Shown: positions 36,878-48,069, counted from the stretch's first letter. The stretch: 49,710 nt of DNA from Bosea sp. (in: a-proteobacteria) (GCA_031375185.1 JANMHN010000294.1:1-49710), one strand, 5' to 3'. The notes: a model not told the origin generated them from the letters alone. Translations and numbers: made by a program.

Positions 36878-39352
36878 TCACTCAGCCGCTTCCGGCAGCG
36901 AGGTCATCTGCGCGGGAATGCGGCAGGTGACCACCGTGCCCTCGCCGGGCTGTGAATGGATGTCGACGGTTCCGCCATGCAGGGCCACGAATGACCGCAC
37001 GATGGACAGACCAAGCCCGATGCCCCTGTGGCGCGAGCCGCTGGTATGGGTCTGGAAACGCTCGAAGACCTGTCCCTGCAATTCCTGCGGAATGCCGCGC
37101 CCCTGATCCATGACCCTGAACACCACATCGCCGCCGGAACGTTCCGCCTCGATCACCACACTTTGTCCGGCCTTGGAGAAGCCGATGGCATTGGACATGA
37201 GGTTGTACAGAGCCTGCCTCAGCCGTTTCGCATCGCAAACGATTGGCCCGAGATCCGGCGCGATCTCCTGATGCAGCTGAATACCCGTCTCGGTGAGCCG
37301 CTCTTCCAGCCCGCGCGCCGCGCCTGCCACAAGTTCCGCCACATCCACGGGTGCCAGCTCGAGCTGCAACTCGTCATTGTCGATCGAGGCCAGATCCAGA
37401 ATGTCGTTGATGATGGTCAGCAGCGTTCCGGACGAGCGCAGGATGAGCTGGGCATACTCGCGCTGCCGTTCATTGAGCGGCCCTGCGATCTCCTCGCCGA
37501 CCAACTGGGCAAACCCGATGATCGTGGTGAGCGGCGAGCGCAGGGCATACGAGACGTGATGCACGAAATCATCCCGCAGGCGGGCGGCCTTCTCCAGCGC
37601 GTCATTGCGCTCGGTCAGGGCACGCTCGACATTCACGTTGTCGGTCACGTCAGCGAAGGTCAGCAGGGTTGCGCCATCCGGTAGGGGCGCAAGGGCGCAA
37701 TCGACCACCGAACCATCCTGCCGGCCCATGCGGGCCGCATAGTCCTCGCGGCGGTCACGCACGCCCACCACGGCACCCCGCAGCATGTTCCATTCCTCCT
37801 CGGAGGGCGACAGCAGGCGGCACAGGGCGAGCACATCGTCGATATGCGGTTGTGTGTCGAGATGGACCGGAGACAGCTTCCACATGGATGCAAAAGCCGG
37901 GTTGCTCAGACGCAGGCGGCCATCGGAGCTGAACACCGCGACACCCTCGCGCAGGCCGTCCAGCGTCTCGCGCTGCGTGCGTGATAGCGCGTTGACCTTG
38001 GATTCCAGCGAAAACCGTTCGGTGGCATCGTCGAAAAGATGGATCACGCCGCCTTGCGGGTTGGCGCTGGTGGTGACGCGGATGGCACGGCCATCGGGCA
38101 GGTACCACCAGTCTTCAAGGGTTTCGATGGCCGTGTAGGCCTTGAGCCGATCAGCCTTCCAGTCCTTGTAGCCGCTGACCTCAGGCAGGCGGCGCTCCGT
38201 CCTGAGCCTGTCGAGGATTTCGGCATCGGTCGGCCTCGTGTCGAGATAGGACGGCTCCAGCGACCAGAGCTTCTCATAGGCCAGATTGCGATAGGACAGG
38301 CGCTGGCGGGAATCGAAGGCCGCGACAGCCGTCGAAATCCGGTCGAGCACCTTGATGTGGGCTTGCATCTGCCGGGCCAGGTCGGTCCGCACGGCCTCCA
38401 GCTCGCTGACATCCGTGGCGTGGCCTGCATAGCCATGTGTTGTCGGCCGTTCCTGAAGATCAAGGATGAGACGCTGGCCGCCCACCACCGTGGGAGAGCG
38501 GCTGCTGAAGGCCTCACCCCTGGCACGGGCGGCAGAGGCACGGTCACGCTCGTCCCTGTCCATCAGCTCGCTGGAGGCTGCGATGACAGCGGCGGCAGAG
38601 GCGCCTTCGACAGCCTTGACATAGGCGCTGTTGACCCAGACCAGTTCACCAGCATCGCCACGCAGCCAGGCAGGGTTGGGGCTGGCATCAAGCAGCGCGT
38701 GAAAGCCATCGTTCTGGCGCTGCAGATGATCACGTTGGACTTGCGCCTCGATCAGGCTGCGGCGCAGCTGCGAGACATCGCGCAGGTGAAGCACCGCGCG
38801 GCCGGAAACCGCGCGGCCACGTGCCTCGACGATCCTGCCGTCGCGGGCGGTCAAGCCAAGATCGAAGGGTTCCCCGCGACTCTTGAGGGCATCGACCGCA
38901 TCACCGATCGCCTTGACCTGTTGCGGAACCACCCATGCGCCAAAGGCCAGAGGCGAGAGCCTTGTGCCGCCTTGGACGAGAAAATCACCGACACCGCTGA
39001 TCACGGCCTTGGCGGAGGGAGCCGCCCAGCTCACCACGACCTGGTCCTCTGTCGAACCGAACACCTCGGCCTGCTCGGCCCGGGCCGTTGCCGCGTTGAG
39101 TTCCGCGCCGAGCCTGGATTCGCGCTGCACCCAGCGGTTGCGCTCGCGGATATGAAGGATGGCCGTGGTGGCGGCAAAGACCGCAAGACCGACGACGGTG
39201 GACATGCCGAAGGCGCTGATCGCATCAGGCATCAGCCACTTGATCTGGTCAAGGCCGACAGCCTCCGCAGCGCTGGCAGGCGCCCCGAGCACCGGCCATG
39301 ACAACGTCGAGAGCAGGAGCGCACGCAAGGACCGCGATCTGCCATCAGCCAT
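36878..39352 (-). CDS. divL: PAS-domain pseudo-histidine kinase DivL
   Basis: H-box reads VSYALRSPLTTIIGF (Tyr in place of His), several PAS-like domains, HATPase; located between ahcY and tsaE; start uncertain. Confidence 0.85.
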   Translation of the reverse strand: MADGRSRSLRALLLSTLSWPVLGAPASAAEAVGLDQIKWLMPDAISAFGMSTVVGLAVFAATTAILHIRERNRWVQRESRLGAELNAATARAEQAEVFGSTEDQVVVSWAAPSAKAVISGVGDFLVQGGTRLSPLAFGAWVVPQQVKAIGDAVDALKSRGEPFDLGLTARDGRIVEARGRAVSGRAVLHLRDVSQLRRSLIEAQVQRDHLQRQNDGFHALLDASPNPAWLRGDAGELVWVNSAYVKAVEGASAAAVIAASSELMDRDERDRASAARARGEAFSSRSPTVVGGQRLILDLQERPTTHGYAGHATDVSELEAVRTDLARQMQAHIKVLDRISTAVAAFDSRQRLSYRNLAYEKLWSLEPSYLDTRPTDAEILDRLRTERRLPEVSGYKDWKADRLKAYTAIETLEDWWYLPDGRAIRVTTSANPQGGVIHLFDDATERFSLESKVNALSRTQRETLDGLREGVAVFSSDGRLRLSNPAFASMWKLSPVHLDTQPHIDDVLALCRLLSPSEEEWNMLRGAVVGVRDRREDYAARMGRQDGSVVDCALAPLPDGATLLTFADVTDNVNVERALTERNDALEKAARLRDDFVHHVSYALRSPLTTIIGFAQLVGEEIAGPLNERQREYAQLILRSSGTLLTIINDILDLASIDNDELQLELAPVDVAELVAGAARGLEERLTETGIQLHQEIAPDLGPIVCDAKRLRQALYNLMSNAIGFSKAGQSVVIEAERSGGDVVFRVMDQGRGIPQELQGQVFERFQTHTSGSRHRGIGLGLSIVRSFVALHGGTVDIHSQPGEGTVVTCRIPAQMTSLPEAAE

Positions 39353-39492
39353 CCTGTGCTGGCCTGCGCATGTCATGTTGGCGCTTGTCATCTTGCCTGC
39401 TGTCACCCGAGATGCGTGGCTGTCTGGCCCGCGCGCTGGGCGGGACGCCGAATCATCTACACACACTAACCAGCCTTCGATTCCGCCGGGAA

Positions 39493-39511
39493 GTGGTTAA
39501 AGCACCGTAAA
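39493..39511 (-). promoter_or_regulatory. CtrA-type box upstream of divL (1 mismatch) with nearby GANTC sites
   Basis: Minus strand TTTA-CGGTGCT-TTAACCAC; GANTC at 39450, 39479 and 39577. Confidence 0.55.
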
Positions 39512-39546
39512 AAACAGAAAGCCGCCGTCCGATTTCGGACAGCGGC
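39509..39546 (-). terminator. Intrinsic terminator of ahcY
   Basis: Minus strand GCCGCTGTCCGA-aa-TCGGACGGCGGC followed by TTTCTGTTTTTT. Confidence 0.8.
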
Positions 39547-39597
39547 CTCGCATCTTCAACATGTTGTGCGGGTGATGAATCACCACCCCAGATCTTG

Positions 39598-41019
39598 TCA
39601 GTAGCGATAATGATCGGGCTTGAACGGGCCTGCCTCGGGAACGCCGATGTAATCGGCCTGTTCCTTGCTCATCTTCGTGAGCCTGACGCCGATCTTCTCG
39701 AGGTGGAACATCGCGACCATCTCATCGAGGTGCTTTGGCAACGTGTAGACCTTGTTCTCGTACTTGCCGGGGTTGGTCCACAATTCGATCTGGGCCAGCG
39801 TCTGGTTGGAGAACGAGGCCGACATCACGAAGGACGGGTGGCCCATGGCGTTGCCGAGGTTCACAAGGCGGCCTTCGGAGAGCAGAATGATGCGGTTGCC
39901 CTTCGGAAACTCGATCTCGTCGACCTGCGGCTTGACGTTGTTCCACTTGAAGTTCTTGAGCGCCGAAACCTGGATCTCGTTGTCGAAGTGGCCGATGTTG
40001 CAGACGATGGCACGGTCCTTCATGGCGCGCATGTGGTCGACCGTGATGATGTCCTTGTTGCCGGTTGCCGTGACGAAGATGTCGGCGCGGGGAAGGGCAT
40101 CCTCGATGGTGCAGACCTCATAACCTTCCATGGCGGCCTGCAGCGCGCAGATCGGATCGACTTCCGAGACCAGAACGCGGGCACCGGCCTGGCGCAGCGA
40201 GGCAGCCGAGCCCTTGCCGACATCGCCGAAGCCTGCAACGAAGGCGACCTTGCCGGCCATCATCACGTCGGTGCCGCGGCGGATGGCGTCCACAAGCGAC
40301 TCGCGGCAGCCATAGAGGTTGTCGAACTTCGACTTGGTCACGGCATCGTTGACGTTGATGGCGGGGAAGAGGAGCTTGCCCTGCTCGGCCAGCTTGTACA
40401 GGCGGTGAACACCGGTGGTGGTTTCCTCGGAAACGCCCTTGATCGCCTTGGCAACATCAGCGAACCAGCCTGCTGGCTTTTCCTTGAGCATCTTCTTGAT
40501 CAGCGCGAAGAAGATTTCCTCTTCCTCGGATTCAGGCTTTTCGAGGAAGGCGACGTCGCCCTGCTCGGCCTTGAGGCCATAATGCACCAGCATCGTGGCG
40601 TCGCCGCCATCATCGAGGATCATGTTGGGGGTGAGGGTTTCACCGTTCTTTGCACCATGCCAGTCGAACAGCTTGGCGGTGTAGTCCCAATACTCGTTCA
40701 AGGTTTCACCCTTGTAGGCGAAGACCGGGATGCCGACGGACGCGATGGCGGCGGCGGCATGGTCCTGGGTCGAGAAGATGTTGCACGAGACCCAGCGGAT
40801 GTCGGCGCCGAGCGCCTTCAGCGTCTCGATCAGCACAGCAGTCTGGATGGTCATGTGCAGCGAGCCGGCAATGCGCGCGCCCTTGAGCGGCTGCTTGGCA
40901 CCGTAGGCTTCGCGGATGGCCATCAGGCCGGGCATTTCGGTTTCTGCGAGATCGATCTCCTTGCGGCCGAAGGGCGCAAGCGACATGTCCTTGACGATGT
41001 AATCGGTGAAAGCGGCCAT
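39598..41019 (-). CDS. ahcY: Adenosylhomocysteinase
   Basis: [41 protein letters not shown]; AGAGGA RBS. Confidence 0.98.
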   Translation of the reverse strand: MAAFTDYIVKDMSLAPFGRKEIDLAETEMPGLMAIREAYGAKQPLKGARIAGSLHMTIQTAVLIETLKALGADIRWVSCNIFSTQDHAAAAIASVGIPVFAYKGETLNEYWDYTAKLFDWHGAKNGETLTPNMILDDGGDATMLVHYGLKAEQGDVAFLEKPESEEEEIFFALIKKMLKEKPAGWFADVAKAIKGVSEETTTGVHRLYKLAEQGKLLFPAINVNDAVTKSKFDNLYGCRESLVDAIRRGTDVMMAGKVAFVAGFGDVGKGSAASLRQAGARVLVSEVDPICALQAAMEGYEVCTIEDALPRADIFVTATGNKDIITVDHMRAMKDRAIVCNIGHFDNEIQVSALKNFKWNNVKPQVDEIEFPKGNRIILLSEGRLVNLGNAMGHPSFVMSASFSNQTLAQIELWTNPGKYENKVYTLPKHLDEMVAMFHLEKIGVRLTKMSKEQADYIGVPEAGPFKPDHYRY

Positions 41020-41127
41020 TGTGTCCTCTTGAGTGGGGCGGGCGTAACCCGCAATCTGTGGCCGGATGCCACGCGCCGTTGGCGTTGGGCGAGGCCATAG
41101 CACGGCTTCAAGGCGCAAGCAATAAAG

Positions 41128-41147
41128 ACATAAAGATTTCTTTATGT
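41128..41147. promoter_or_regulatory. SahR-type operator upstream of ahcY
   Basis: Perfect palindrome ACATAAAG-attt-CTTTATGT. Confidence 0.8.
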
Positions 41148-41152
41148 GTCAT

Positions 41153-41191
41153 TTCCGTGTTTTGGTTCCGTGGCTTGGTTCCATGCCTTGG
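41153..41191. repeat. 3 x 13-bp imperfect tandem repeat
   Basis: ttccgtgttttgg-ttccgtggcttgg-ttccatgccttgg. Confidence 0.75.
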
Positions 41192-41276
41192 ATTGAACCG
41201 CCAAGGCGCTGCATGTCCAGGCATGAGGCCCGTGTCCATGGCGACATGTGGCAAGACCAGAGTTCTGATCAGGCGT

Positions 41277-41591
41277 TCACTCGCCCTCGCCGAACCTGTC
41301 GGCGATCAAGGCGCAGATGGCATCAAGCGCTGCATCGGCATCCTCGCCAAGGGCCGCGATGGAAATCACCGTGCCCATGCCCGCGCCAAGGGTCAGCAAA
41401 GCCATGATCGAGCGACCGCCAACGATTTCCCCGCAACGGCTGATCCAGACGTCGCAGGCGAAGCGGTCAACGGTCTGGACGAGCTTGGCCGTAGCGCGGG
41501 CATGCAGACCCTTGCGGTTGATAATCGTGACGTCGCGGACGGTCGCGCCATCCGGAAAGACGGCTTCGGGGCAATCGGTCTCGACATCCAT
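41277..41591 (-). CDS. ptsH: HPr/NPr phosphocarrier
   Basis: KGLHARA (His15) and GRSIMALL (regulatory Ser). Confidence 0.93.
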   Translation of the reverse strand: MDVETDCPEAVFPDGATVRDVTIINRKGLHARATAKLVQTVDRFACDVWISRCGEIVGGRSIMALLTLGAGMGTVISIAALGEDADAALDAICALIADRFGEGE

Positions 41592-41744
41592 GCTCAAACC
41601 CGCGTTCCCTCGATCATGATGAGCCAGAGCCTTGTGCGTACACAAAACCGGCATCTGCTTTTGCGCGCAATGCTCCAGACGGCGTTCCGGCCTGTCATCG
41701 GAATGAGGCGATGGAAGCAAGCCATTGCCATGGTTTCACAGGAT

Positions 41745-42146
41745 CTAGCGGCCTGCAAGCAAGCGGCTGGCAATGTTGATGTATTTGCGGCCTGCTTCCT
41801 GTGCGCACCCGACGGCGTCGTCGATCAGCTTGTCTTCCCGCACGCTCGCCAATTTGATCAGCATGGGCAGGTTGATGCCGGCCAGCACCTCGACCTTGCC
41901 GCCGTTCATGACGGAAATGGCCAGATTCGAGGGTGTGCCACCGAACATGTCCGTCAACACGACGACACCCTGGCCACTGTCCACGGCGTGGATGGCATCC
42001 AGAATCTCGCTGCGTCGCCCCTCGATGTCATCGTCAGGGGCAATCGCAATCGTGGCAATCTGTTTCTGGGGACCGACAACGTGTTCCAGAGCGGAACGAA
42101 ACTCCGTCGCCAAATGTCCATGCGTCACGAGGACGAGGCCGATCAT
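41745..42146 (-). CDS. manX: PTS EIIA mannose-family component
   Basis: MIGLVLVTHG, LTDMFGGTPSN, GINLPML. Confidence 0.92.
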   Translation of the reverse strand: MIGLVLVTHGHLATEFRSALEHVVGPQKQIATIAIAPDDDIEGRRSEILDAIHAVDSGQGVVVLTDMFGGTPSNLAISVMNGGKVEVLAGINLPMLIKLASVREDKLIDDAVGCAQEAGRKYINIASRLLAGR

Positions 42147-42237
42147 GTTCAACCCTGAGCGAGCACGCAAAGTACTCCGGAAGCCGAGGCTATATGGGCC
42201 AACCTGACGACAAGCGCAAGATAGACACACGGCTAAA

Positions 42238-42708
42238 TCATGCAGACCAGGGTTCATCGCCGAACAGGCCGAGCGCGGCCATGACCAGACCGGCGTCCTG
42301 GGCACCGCGCGAGATCGCCAGCCGCGGGATGATGACGCCCTGGATCTCGATGACCATGTCCTCGGCTTCAGGCAGCCGGGGCGGTTCTTCGGACTGGCAG
42401 TCCACGACAAGCCTCACGCGGGCCGCCCGCTCATGCAGGATGGGCGTCAGGCCCAATCCGCGGCGCTCGACAAGCCCTTCGATGTCCGGCACCGATCTGG
42501 CCAGAAGACGGCCATGGCACGAGGCCAATGCCACGGCATCGTCGGCCACCAGGCGCGAGAAGACACCGGTGCGCTGCGCCTGTTCGATCAGGGCCAGGCA
42601 CAGCGCCGTCTTGCCACTGCCCGCAGGCCCGCGGACCAGCACGGCCCCCTCGCCCACCAGCACACAACTGGCATGGACCCTGATCCCGCGCTTTTGCAAG
42701 GCCGCCAT
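42238..42708 (-). CDS. hprK: Short HPr kinase/phosphorylase
   Basis: VHASCV, GPAGSGKT, LVADD, GLVERRGLG. Confidence 0.88.
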   Translation of the reverse strand: MAALQKRGIRVHASCVLVGEGAVLVRGPAGSGKTALCLALIEQAQRTGVFSRLVADDAVALASCHGRLLARSVPDIEGLVERRGLGLTPILHERAARVRLVVDCQSEEPPRLPEAEDMVIEIQGVIIPRLAISRGAQDAGLVMAALGLFGDEPWSA

Positions 42709-42718
42709 TCCCCTCTCG

Positions 42719-44578
42719 TCAACCACGGCGCGGACGGGAGCTGACCATCGGCAACGAGATGATGAATTGGGCCCCCAGACTTCGCGGCTCGCCATCGGCA
42801 TCAGGAGCGCCAGGCTTGTTGCGGGCTTCAATCCTGCCGCCATGAGCCTCGATGATCTGACGCGAAATCGACAGTCCGAGACCCGAGTTCTGGCCAAACC
42901 CATGGTCGGGCCGGTCTGTGTAGAAGCGCTCGAAAATCCGGTCCAGGGCATGTTCGGGAATGCCGGGCCCGTCATCTTCCACCATCATGGTCAGCATGTC
43001 GCCATCACGCACGAGCGACAGCGTCACATCGTGGCCCGGCGGCGAGAACGAGCGGGCATTGTCGAGCAGGTTCACGACGACCTGCCCCAGCCGGCCATCA
43101 TGGCCCTGCACCAGCCAGCGGTCCTTGGCCGAGGCCCTGGGGCCGATCACGAGCCTGATGGACGCCTGATCAGGCTTCCTGATCTCATTTTGCATGCCCA
43201 CGACCGTCTCCAGCAATCTTGGCATGTCGACCGGGCCGGTTTCGCCCCGCGCCAGTTCCGCATCAAGCCTCGACGCGTCCGAGATGTCCGTGATCAGGCG
43301 GTCAAGACGCCTGACATCATGGTGGATGACCGCCAGCAGCCTGTCACGCGCCGCGTCCGTGCGCGCCAGCGGCAAGGTCTCGACAGCACTTCGCAGGGAG
43401 GTCAGAGGGTTCTTGAGTTCATGTGCCACATCAGCCGCGAAGCTGCCGATGGCTTCGATGCGCGCGTAAAGCGCAGATGTCATGTCCCGCAGGGCGCCGG
43501 ATAACTGCCCGATCTCGTCATGACGGTCGGTGAAATCAGGAATTTCCTGCCGCGACTTGACGCGCCTGCGCACCCGCTCGGCCGCCTCTGACAGGCGCTT
43601 CAGCGGCTCGCCGATGCCATGTGCCAGCAGCATCGACAGCATGGTCATGATCAGCCCGGCAACGCCGAAAACCTGGAAGATCACGACGCGCTCGGACGAG
43701 ATGATCGCATCGATGTCACCGCCCTGCGTCGAGAGCAGCAAGGCCCCCCGCACCGTGCGCTGGCGCTGGATCGGCACTGCCACGGACACGATGGTGTCGC
43801 CAAGGGCATTGACGCGCACGATGCTGCGCTGCTGGCCCGACAGCGCCCGCACAACCTCCGGAATCGAACGGCCGACAACCGTGTCGCTCTCGTCATAGCT
43901 CGAGATCTCGGCCCGGCCCAGCCTGCGCTTGAGGCTGTTCCAGGTGCGCTCGACCATCGGCAGGTCATCGCGCGTCAGTGGCGGCAGTTCCCGCCGCAGG
44001 ATATCGCCCCGCGTATACAGTGTTCCTGAGTCCACGACGAGGAAACCCTCCTTGTCATAGACACGGGCGCGGGTGCGTGTGGGCGTGACCAGCCTCCTGA
44101 GCAACGGACCTACCCGCTCCGGGTTGATCGAAAATTCCAGGATCGACTGGAGATCCTCGGTGATGCCGGAGCTTTCGCCGGCCTGAAGCTGCAGCAGACG
44201 GTCAGGGTCGATGGCAATCGTGTCTGTCTCGACCGTGGCCGAAGCCGCGATGGCGCTGGCAATGATCTCGCCTTGCGTCTGCAGGCTCTGGACGCGGGCG
44301 TCGATCAGGCCCTCGCGAAACTGGTTGAGATAAAGAAGCGCCACCAGCAGCACGACAAGTCCGGCCAGGTTCAGCACCAGGATGCGCCGCGTCAGGCTCG
44401 AGGCGAGGCGAACGCCCAGGAACTGCACCACGCGCGACCAGGACTTGCCAAACCAGCGGCGCAGGGTGCGGGCATGGCCGATGCCGGACCGGGACAGGTT
44501 TGGCCGCGTGTGCTCAGGCGTGTGCTCAGACCTCGGCCCAGCCTCAGGGCCGGGCTTGTCGCCGCGCAATGCCGTCAC
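42719..44578 (-). CDS. chvG: Sensor histidine kinase ChvG/ExoS
   Basis: SSLTRRI..LNL, periplasmic domain, HAMP, DVAHELKNPLTS, ERFYTDRP, NSGLGLSI. Confidence 0.95.
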   Translation of the reverse strand: MTALRGDKPGPEAGPRSEHTPEHTRPNLSRSGIGHARTLRRWFGKSWSRVVQFLGVRLASSLTRRILVLNLAGLVVLLVALLYLNQFREGLIDARVQSLQTQGEIIASAIAASATVETDTIAIDPDRLLQLQAGESSGITEDLQSILEFSINPERVGPLLRRLVTPTRTRARVYDKEGFLVVDSGTLYTRGDILRRELPPLTRDDLPMVERTWNSLKRRLGRAEISSYDESDTVVGRSIPEVVRALSGQQRSIVRVNALGDTIVSVAVPIQRQRTVRGALLLSTQGGDIDAIISSERVVIFQVFGVAGLIMTMLSMLLAHGIGEPLKRLSEAAERVRRRVKSRQEIPDFTDRHDEIGQLSGALRDMTSALYARIEAIGSFAADVAHELKNPLTSLRSAVETLPLARTDAARDRLLAVIHHDVRRLDRLITDISDASRLDAELARGETGPVDMPRLLETVVGMQNEIRKPDQASIRLVIGPRASAKDRWLVQGHDGRLGQVVVNLLDNARSFSPPGHDVTLSLVRDGDMLTMMVEDDGPGIPEHALDRIFERFYTDRPDHGFGQNSGLGLSISRQIIEAHGGRIEARNKPGAPDADGEPRSLGAQFIISLPMVSSRPRRG

Positions 44579-44667
44579 TGACCCATCCCCGATGCTGGCC
44601 GATCACAACCATCCAAGATATCACACCCGCATTGACAGCACAGGCTTGCGAAAAAGACGACCGGCCC

Positions 44668-45369
44668 TCATCCTTCGCTGAAGCGATAGCCAACGCCATA
44701 AAGCGTTTCGATCATTTCGAAATCATCATCGACCAGCTTGAACTTCTTGCGCAGCCGCTTGATGTGGCTGTCGATGGTGCGGTCATCGACATAGACCTCG
44801 TCGTCATAGGCCGCGTCCATCAGGGCATTGCGGCTCTTGACCACGCCGGGCCGCTGCGCAAGCGACTGCAGGATCAGGAATTCGGTCACGGTCAGCACCA
44901 CCTGTTCCCCCTTCCAGGTGCAGGTGTGGCGCTCGGGATCCATCTTGAGGCTGCCGCGCTCCAGAGCCTTGACATCCTCGCCGCGTGCGGCTGCCGGCAG
45001 ATCCTTGGCACCGGCGCGGCGCAGGATGGCCTTGACCCGCTCGACGAGGAGCCGCTGGGAGAAAGGTTTGCGGATGAAGTCATCGGCGCCCATCTTCAGG
45101 CCGAACAATTCGTCGATCTCGTCATCCTTGGATGTCAGGAAGATCACGGGCATGTCTGATTTCTGGCGCAGGCGGCGGAGCAGCTCCATGCCATCCATGC
45201 GTGGCATCTTGATGTCGAAAATGGCAAGATCAGGCGGATTCTGCTTCAGGCCCTCAAGGGCTGAGGCGCCATCCGTGTAGGTGTTGATCTTGTATCCCTC
45301 GGCTTCGAGGGCGATCGACACGGAGGTCAGGATGTTGCGGTCGTCGTCGACCAGGGCGATGGTTGGCAT
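44668..45369 (-). CDS. chvI: Response regulator ChvI
   Basis: [17 protein letters not shown]...DIKMP...[15 protein letters not shown]. Confidence 0.96.
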   Translation of the reverse strand: MPTIALVDDDRNILTSVSIALEAEGYKINTYTDGASALEGLKQNPPDLAIFDIKMPRMDGMELLRRLRQKSDMPVIFLTSKDDEIDELFGLKMGADDFIRKPFSQRLLVERVKAILRRAGAKDLPAAARGEDVKALERGSLKMDPERHTCTWKGEQVVLTVTEFLILQSLAQRPGVVKSRNALMDAAYDDEVYVDDRTIDSHIKRLRKKFKLVDDDFEMIETLYGVGYRFSEG

Positions 45370-45533
45370 CAATCATGTCCCGTTTCCGCCGCCTGGGAAT
45401 TGTGGCGACGCATCTGGTTTGACGCCGACGGCGGCGAAACCATGGCCACAATCTAGCGGTACAGCGGCCAAAGCGCTATGCTGCATGTGAAATTTGCCCC
45501 AATTGGCAAAAACATTCGCCCAAGGCCGTCAGA

Positions 45534-46283
45534 TTGAGCACACAGCACACCATCCGCACAACCGATGACGAGGCCCGCATGCTGGCGAGGGGACTGGTGC
45601 GCGCAAGCCCGTTCGCGAGCCTTGCCACGCTGTCGGGCGATGGCTTTCCCCTGGCCACGCTCAGCAGCGTCGCCACCGGCATGGATGGATCGCCGCTCAT
45701 CCTCGTGTCGCGCCTGTCTGGCCACACCACCAACCTGCTGGCCGATGCGCGCTGCAGCCTGCTGTTCCAGCGCACCGGCAAGGGCGACCCGCTGGCCCAT
45801 CCCCGCATCAGCGTCAAAGGCCATGCCGAGATCGTGGAGAGGACATCCCCGGACGGGCAGGCTTTCCGGCGGCGCTTCCTGGCCCGGCAGCCCAAATCGG
45901 AGCTTTATATCGATTTCCCCGATTTTCTCTTCCTGCGCATCAGGGTGCTGTCCGCCAGCCTGAACGGCGGCTTCGGCAAGGCATTCGAGCTTGGGCCGCG
46001 CGACCTGTTGACCGAAACGGACGATGCCGCCGAACTGGGCGAGGGTGAAGCGGAGATCCTTGCCCACATGAACGATGACCATGCCGATGCCGTTCAGCTT
46101 TACGCCACGAGGCTTGCCAGGCGCGAGCCCGGCGCCTGGCGGGTCGTGAGCGTCGACCCTGACGGTTTCGAGCTTGCCGCAGGCACCGAGCTTGCCAGGA
46201 TCACGTTTCCGGATCGCGCTCCAACGCCAGAAGCCGTTCGCCTGCAGATGGTGCGCTTGGCAAAGGAAGCGCGTGCGCTTTGA
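45534..46283 (+). CDS. HugZ/pyridoxamine 5'-phosphate oxidase-like split-barrel protein
   Basis: S.LS.HT.NL..D.RCSLL, LNGGFGKA, HMNDDHAD, DPDG. Confidence 0.85.
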   Translation: MSTQHTIRTTDDEARMLARGLVRASPFASLATLSGDGFPLATLSSVATGMDGSPLILVSRLSGHTTNLLADARCSLLFQRTGKGDPLAHPRISVKGHAEIVERTSPDGQAFRRRFLARQPKSELYIDFPDFLFLRIRVLSASLNGGFGKAFELGPRDLLTETDDAAELGEGEAEILAHMNDDHADAVQLYATRLARREPGAWRVVSVDPDGFELAAGTELARITFPDRAPTPEAVRLQMVRLAKEARAL

Positions 46284-46451
46284 CGCAACTCTCCCCGTTG
46301 TTCACCACAAATCCGCAATTTGGCCCGTCAGGGGCCGTCATTCGTGTTTTCCGGGACAGCGCACCCTTGAGCGCCGCACGCTGCGGGTCTATCTGCAGAT
46401 GCCAGCAGGCGCGCCATGTCAAACGAATGCGCCGCTCAGGAGGATGACCCC

Positions 46452-48062
46452 GTGGACCATATCGGCATGTTCAACCCGGCCCATGGCGCGGATGCGTTCG
46501 GGTTCCGCAATCTGAAACGCGTCTACTGGAATCTCGAGGCGCCACGACTTGCGGAGGAATCACTGAAGCGCGGCGAAACCCGGCTTGCCGCCGGCGGCGC
46601 GCTGGTGGCCGACACGGGCCAGCACACGGGCCGCTCGCCCAAGGACAAGTTCACGGTACGGGACGCCACCACCGAAGACACCGTGTGGTGGGACAATAAC
46701 GGGTCCATCGAGCCGGGCCATTTCGATGCGCTGCTCGCTGATTTTCTTCAGCATGCCGAGGGCAAGGAGCTGTTCGCGCAGGATCTTTATGGTGGCGCGG
46801 ACCATGCCCACCGCATCAAGACCCGCGTTTTCACCGAATATGCCTGGCACTCGCTGTTCATCCGCAATCTTCTGATCCGGCCCGACACCGTCGAACTGGC
46901 CAGCTACGTGCCGCAGATGACGATCATCGACCTGCCCTCGTTCAAGGCGGACCCGAAGCGTCATGGCTGCCGCTCCGAAACGATCATCGCGGTGAACTTT
47001 GCCCGCAAGATCGTGCTGATCGGCGGCACATCCTATGCCGGCGAGATGAAGAAGTCGGTTTTCACCTATCTCAACTACGCCTTGCCCGCAGCCCAGGTCA
47101 TGCCGATGCACTGTTCGGCCAATGTAGGTGGCAAAGGCGATGTCGCCGTGTTCTTCGGGCTATCGGGAACCGGCAAGACCACCCTGTCAAACGATCCCAA
47201 CCGCACGCTGCTCGGCGATGACGAGCATGGCTGGTCAACCGAGGGCGTGTTCAACTTCGAGGGCGGCTGCTACGCCAAGACCATCCGCCTGTCGCGCGAG
47301 GCGGAGCCCGAAATCTACGCCACGACCGAGCGCTTCGGCACCGTGCTGGAAAACGTCACGCTCGATGAGTTGACGCGCAAGCCCGATTTCGATGATGCGT
47401 CCAGAACCGAGAACACGCGCTGCGCCTATCCTCTGGATTTCATCGCCAATGCCAGCAGCACAGGCCGGGCCGGGCACCCGAAGAACATCGTGATGCTGAC
47501 CTGCGACGCCTTCGGCGTGCTGCCGCCCATCGCGAAGCTGACAGGCGCGGAAGCGATGTATCACTTCCTGTCGGGCTACACCGCAAAGGTCGCGGGCACG
47601 GAAAAGGGCGTGAAAGACCCTGAAGCCACCTTTTCGACCTGCTTCGGCGCGCCTTTCATGCCGCGGCACCCGTCTGTCTACGGCAACCTGCTGCGTGATC
47701 TGATCGGGCGGCACCATGTCGATTGCTGGCTGGTGAACACCGGCTGGACCGGCGGCAAGTTCGGCGCTGGCCGCCGCATGCCGATCCGCGTGACGCGCCG
47801 CCTGCTGACCGCCGCGCTGGATGGCTCCTTGACCCGCGCTGACTACCGGCGCGATCCGTATTTCGGCTTCGCTGTGCCGACCTCGGTGCCGGGCGTTGAG
47901 CCGCACATCCTCTACCCGGTCAAGACCTGGGCCGACAAGGCAGAGTTCTCCGAAACTGCAAAGCGGCTTGTCGCGATGTTCCGCGAGAACTTCAAGCGTT
48001 TCGAGGCCCATGTCGATGATGCGGTGAAGGCTGCGGCCCCGACCAGCAGCCTTGCAGCCTGA
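46452..48062 (+). CDS. pckA: Phosphoenolpyruvate carboxykinase (ATP)
   Basis: [41 protein letters not shown]; GTG start after GGAGGA. Confidence 0.97.
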   Translation: MDHIGMFNPAHGADAFGFRNLKRVYWNLEAPRLAEESLKRGETRLAAGGALVADTGQHTGRSPKDKFTVRDATTEDTVWWDNNGSIEPGHFDALLADFLQHAEGKELFAQDLYGGADHAHRIKTRVFTEYAWHSLFIRNLLIRPDTVELASYVPQMTIIDLPSFKADPKRHGCRSETIIAVNFARKIVLIGGTSYAGEMKKSVFTYLNYALPAAQVMPMHCSANVGGKGDVAVFFGLSGTGKTTLSNDPNRTLLGDDEHGWSTEGVFNFEGGCYAKTIRLSREAEPEIYATTERFGTVLENVTLDELTRKPDFDDASRTENTRCAYPLDFIANASSTGRAGHPKNIVMLTCDAFGVLPPIAKLTGAEAMYHFLSGYTAKVAGTEKGVKDPEATFSTCFGAPFMPRHPSVYGNLLRDLIGRHHVDCWLVNTGWTGGKFGAGRRMPIRVTRRLLTAALDGSLTRADYRRDPYFGFAVPTSVPGVEPHILYPVKTWADKAEFSETAKRLVAMFRENFKRFEAHVDDAVKAAAPTSSLAA

Positions 48063-48069
48063 CAGCGGG

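Noticed and set aside
41020-41127. SAH or SAM riboswitch in the ahcY leader
   Set aside because: No recognisable aptamer consensus by eye; the palindromic operator explains regulation (an Rfam scan would settle it)
31319-43504. Long plus-strand ORFs (31319-32818, 35337-36827, 38039-39301, 39595-41100, 41933-43504)
   Set aside because: All are antisense to well-supported genes (addB, tsaE, divL, ahcY, hprK/chvG)
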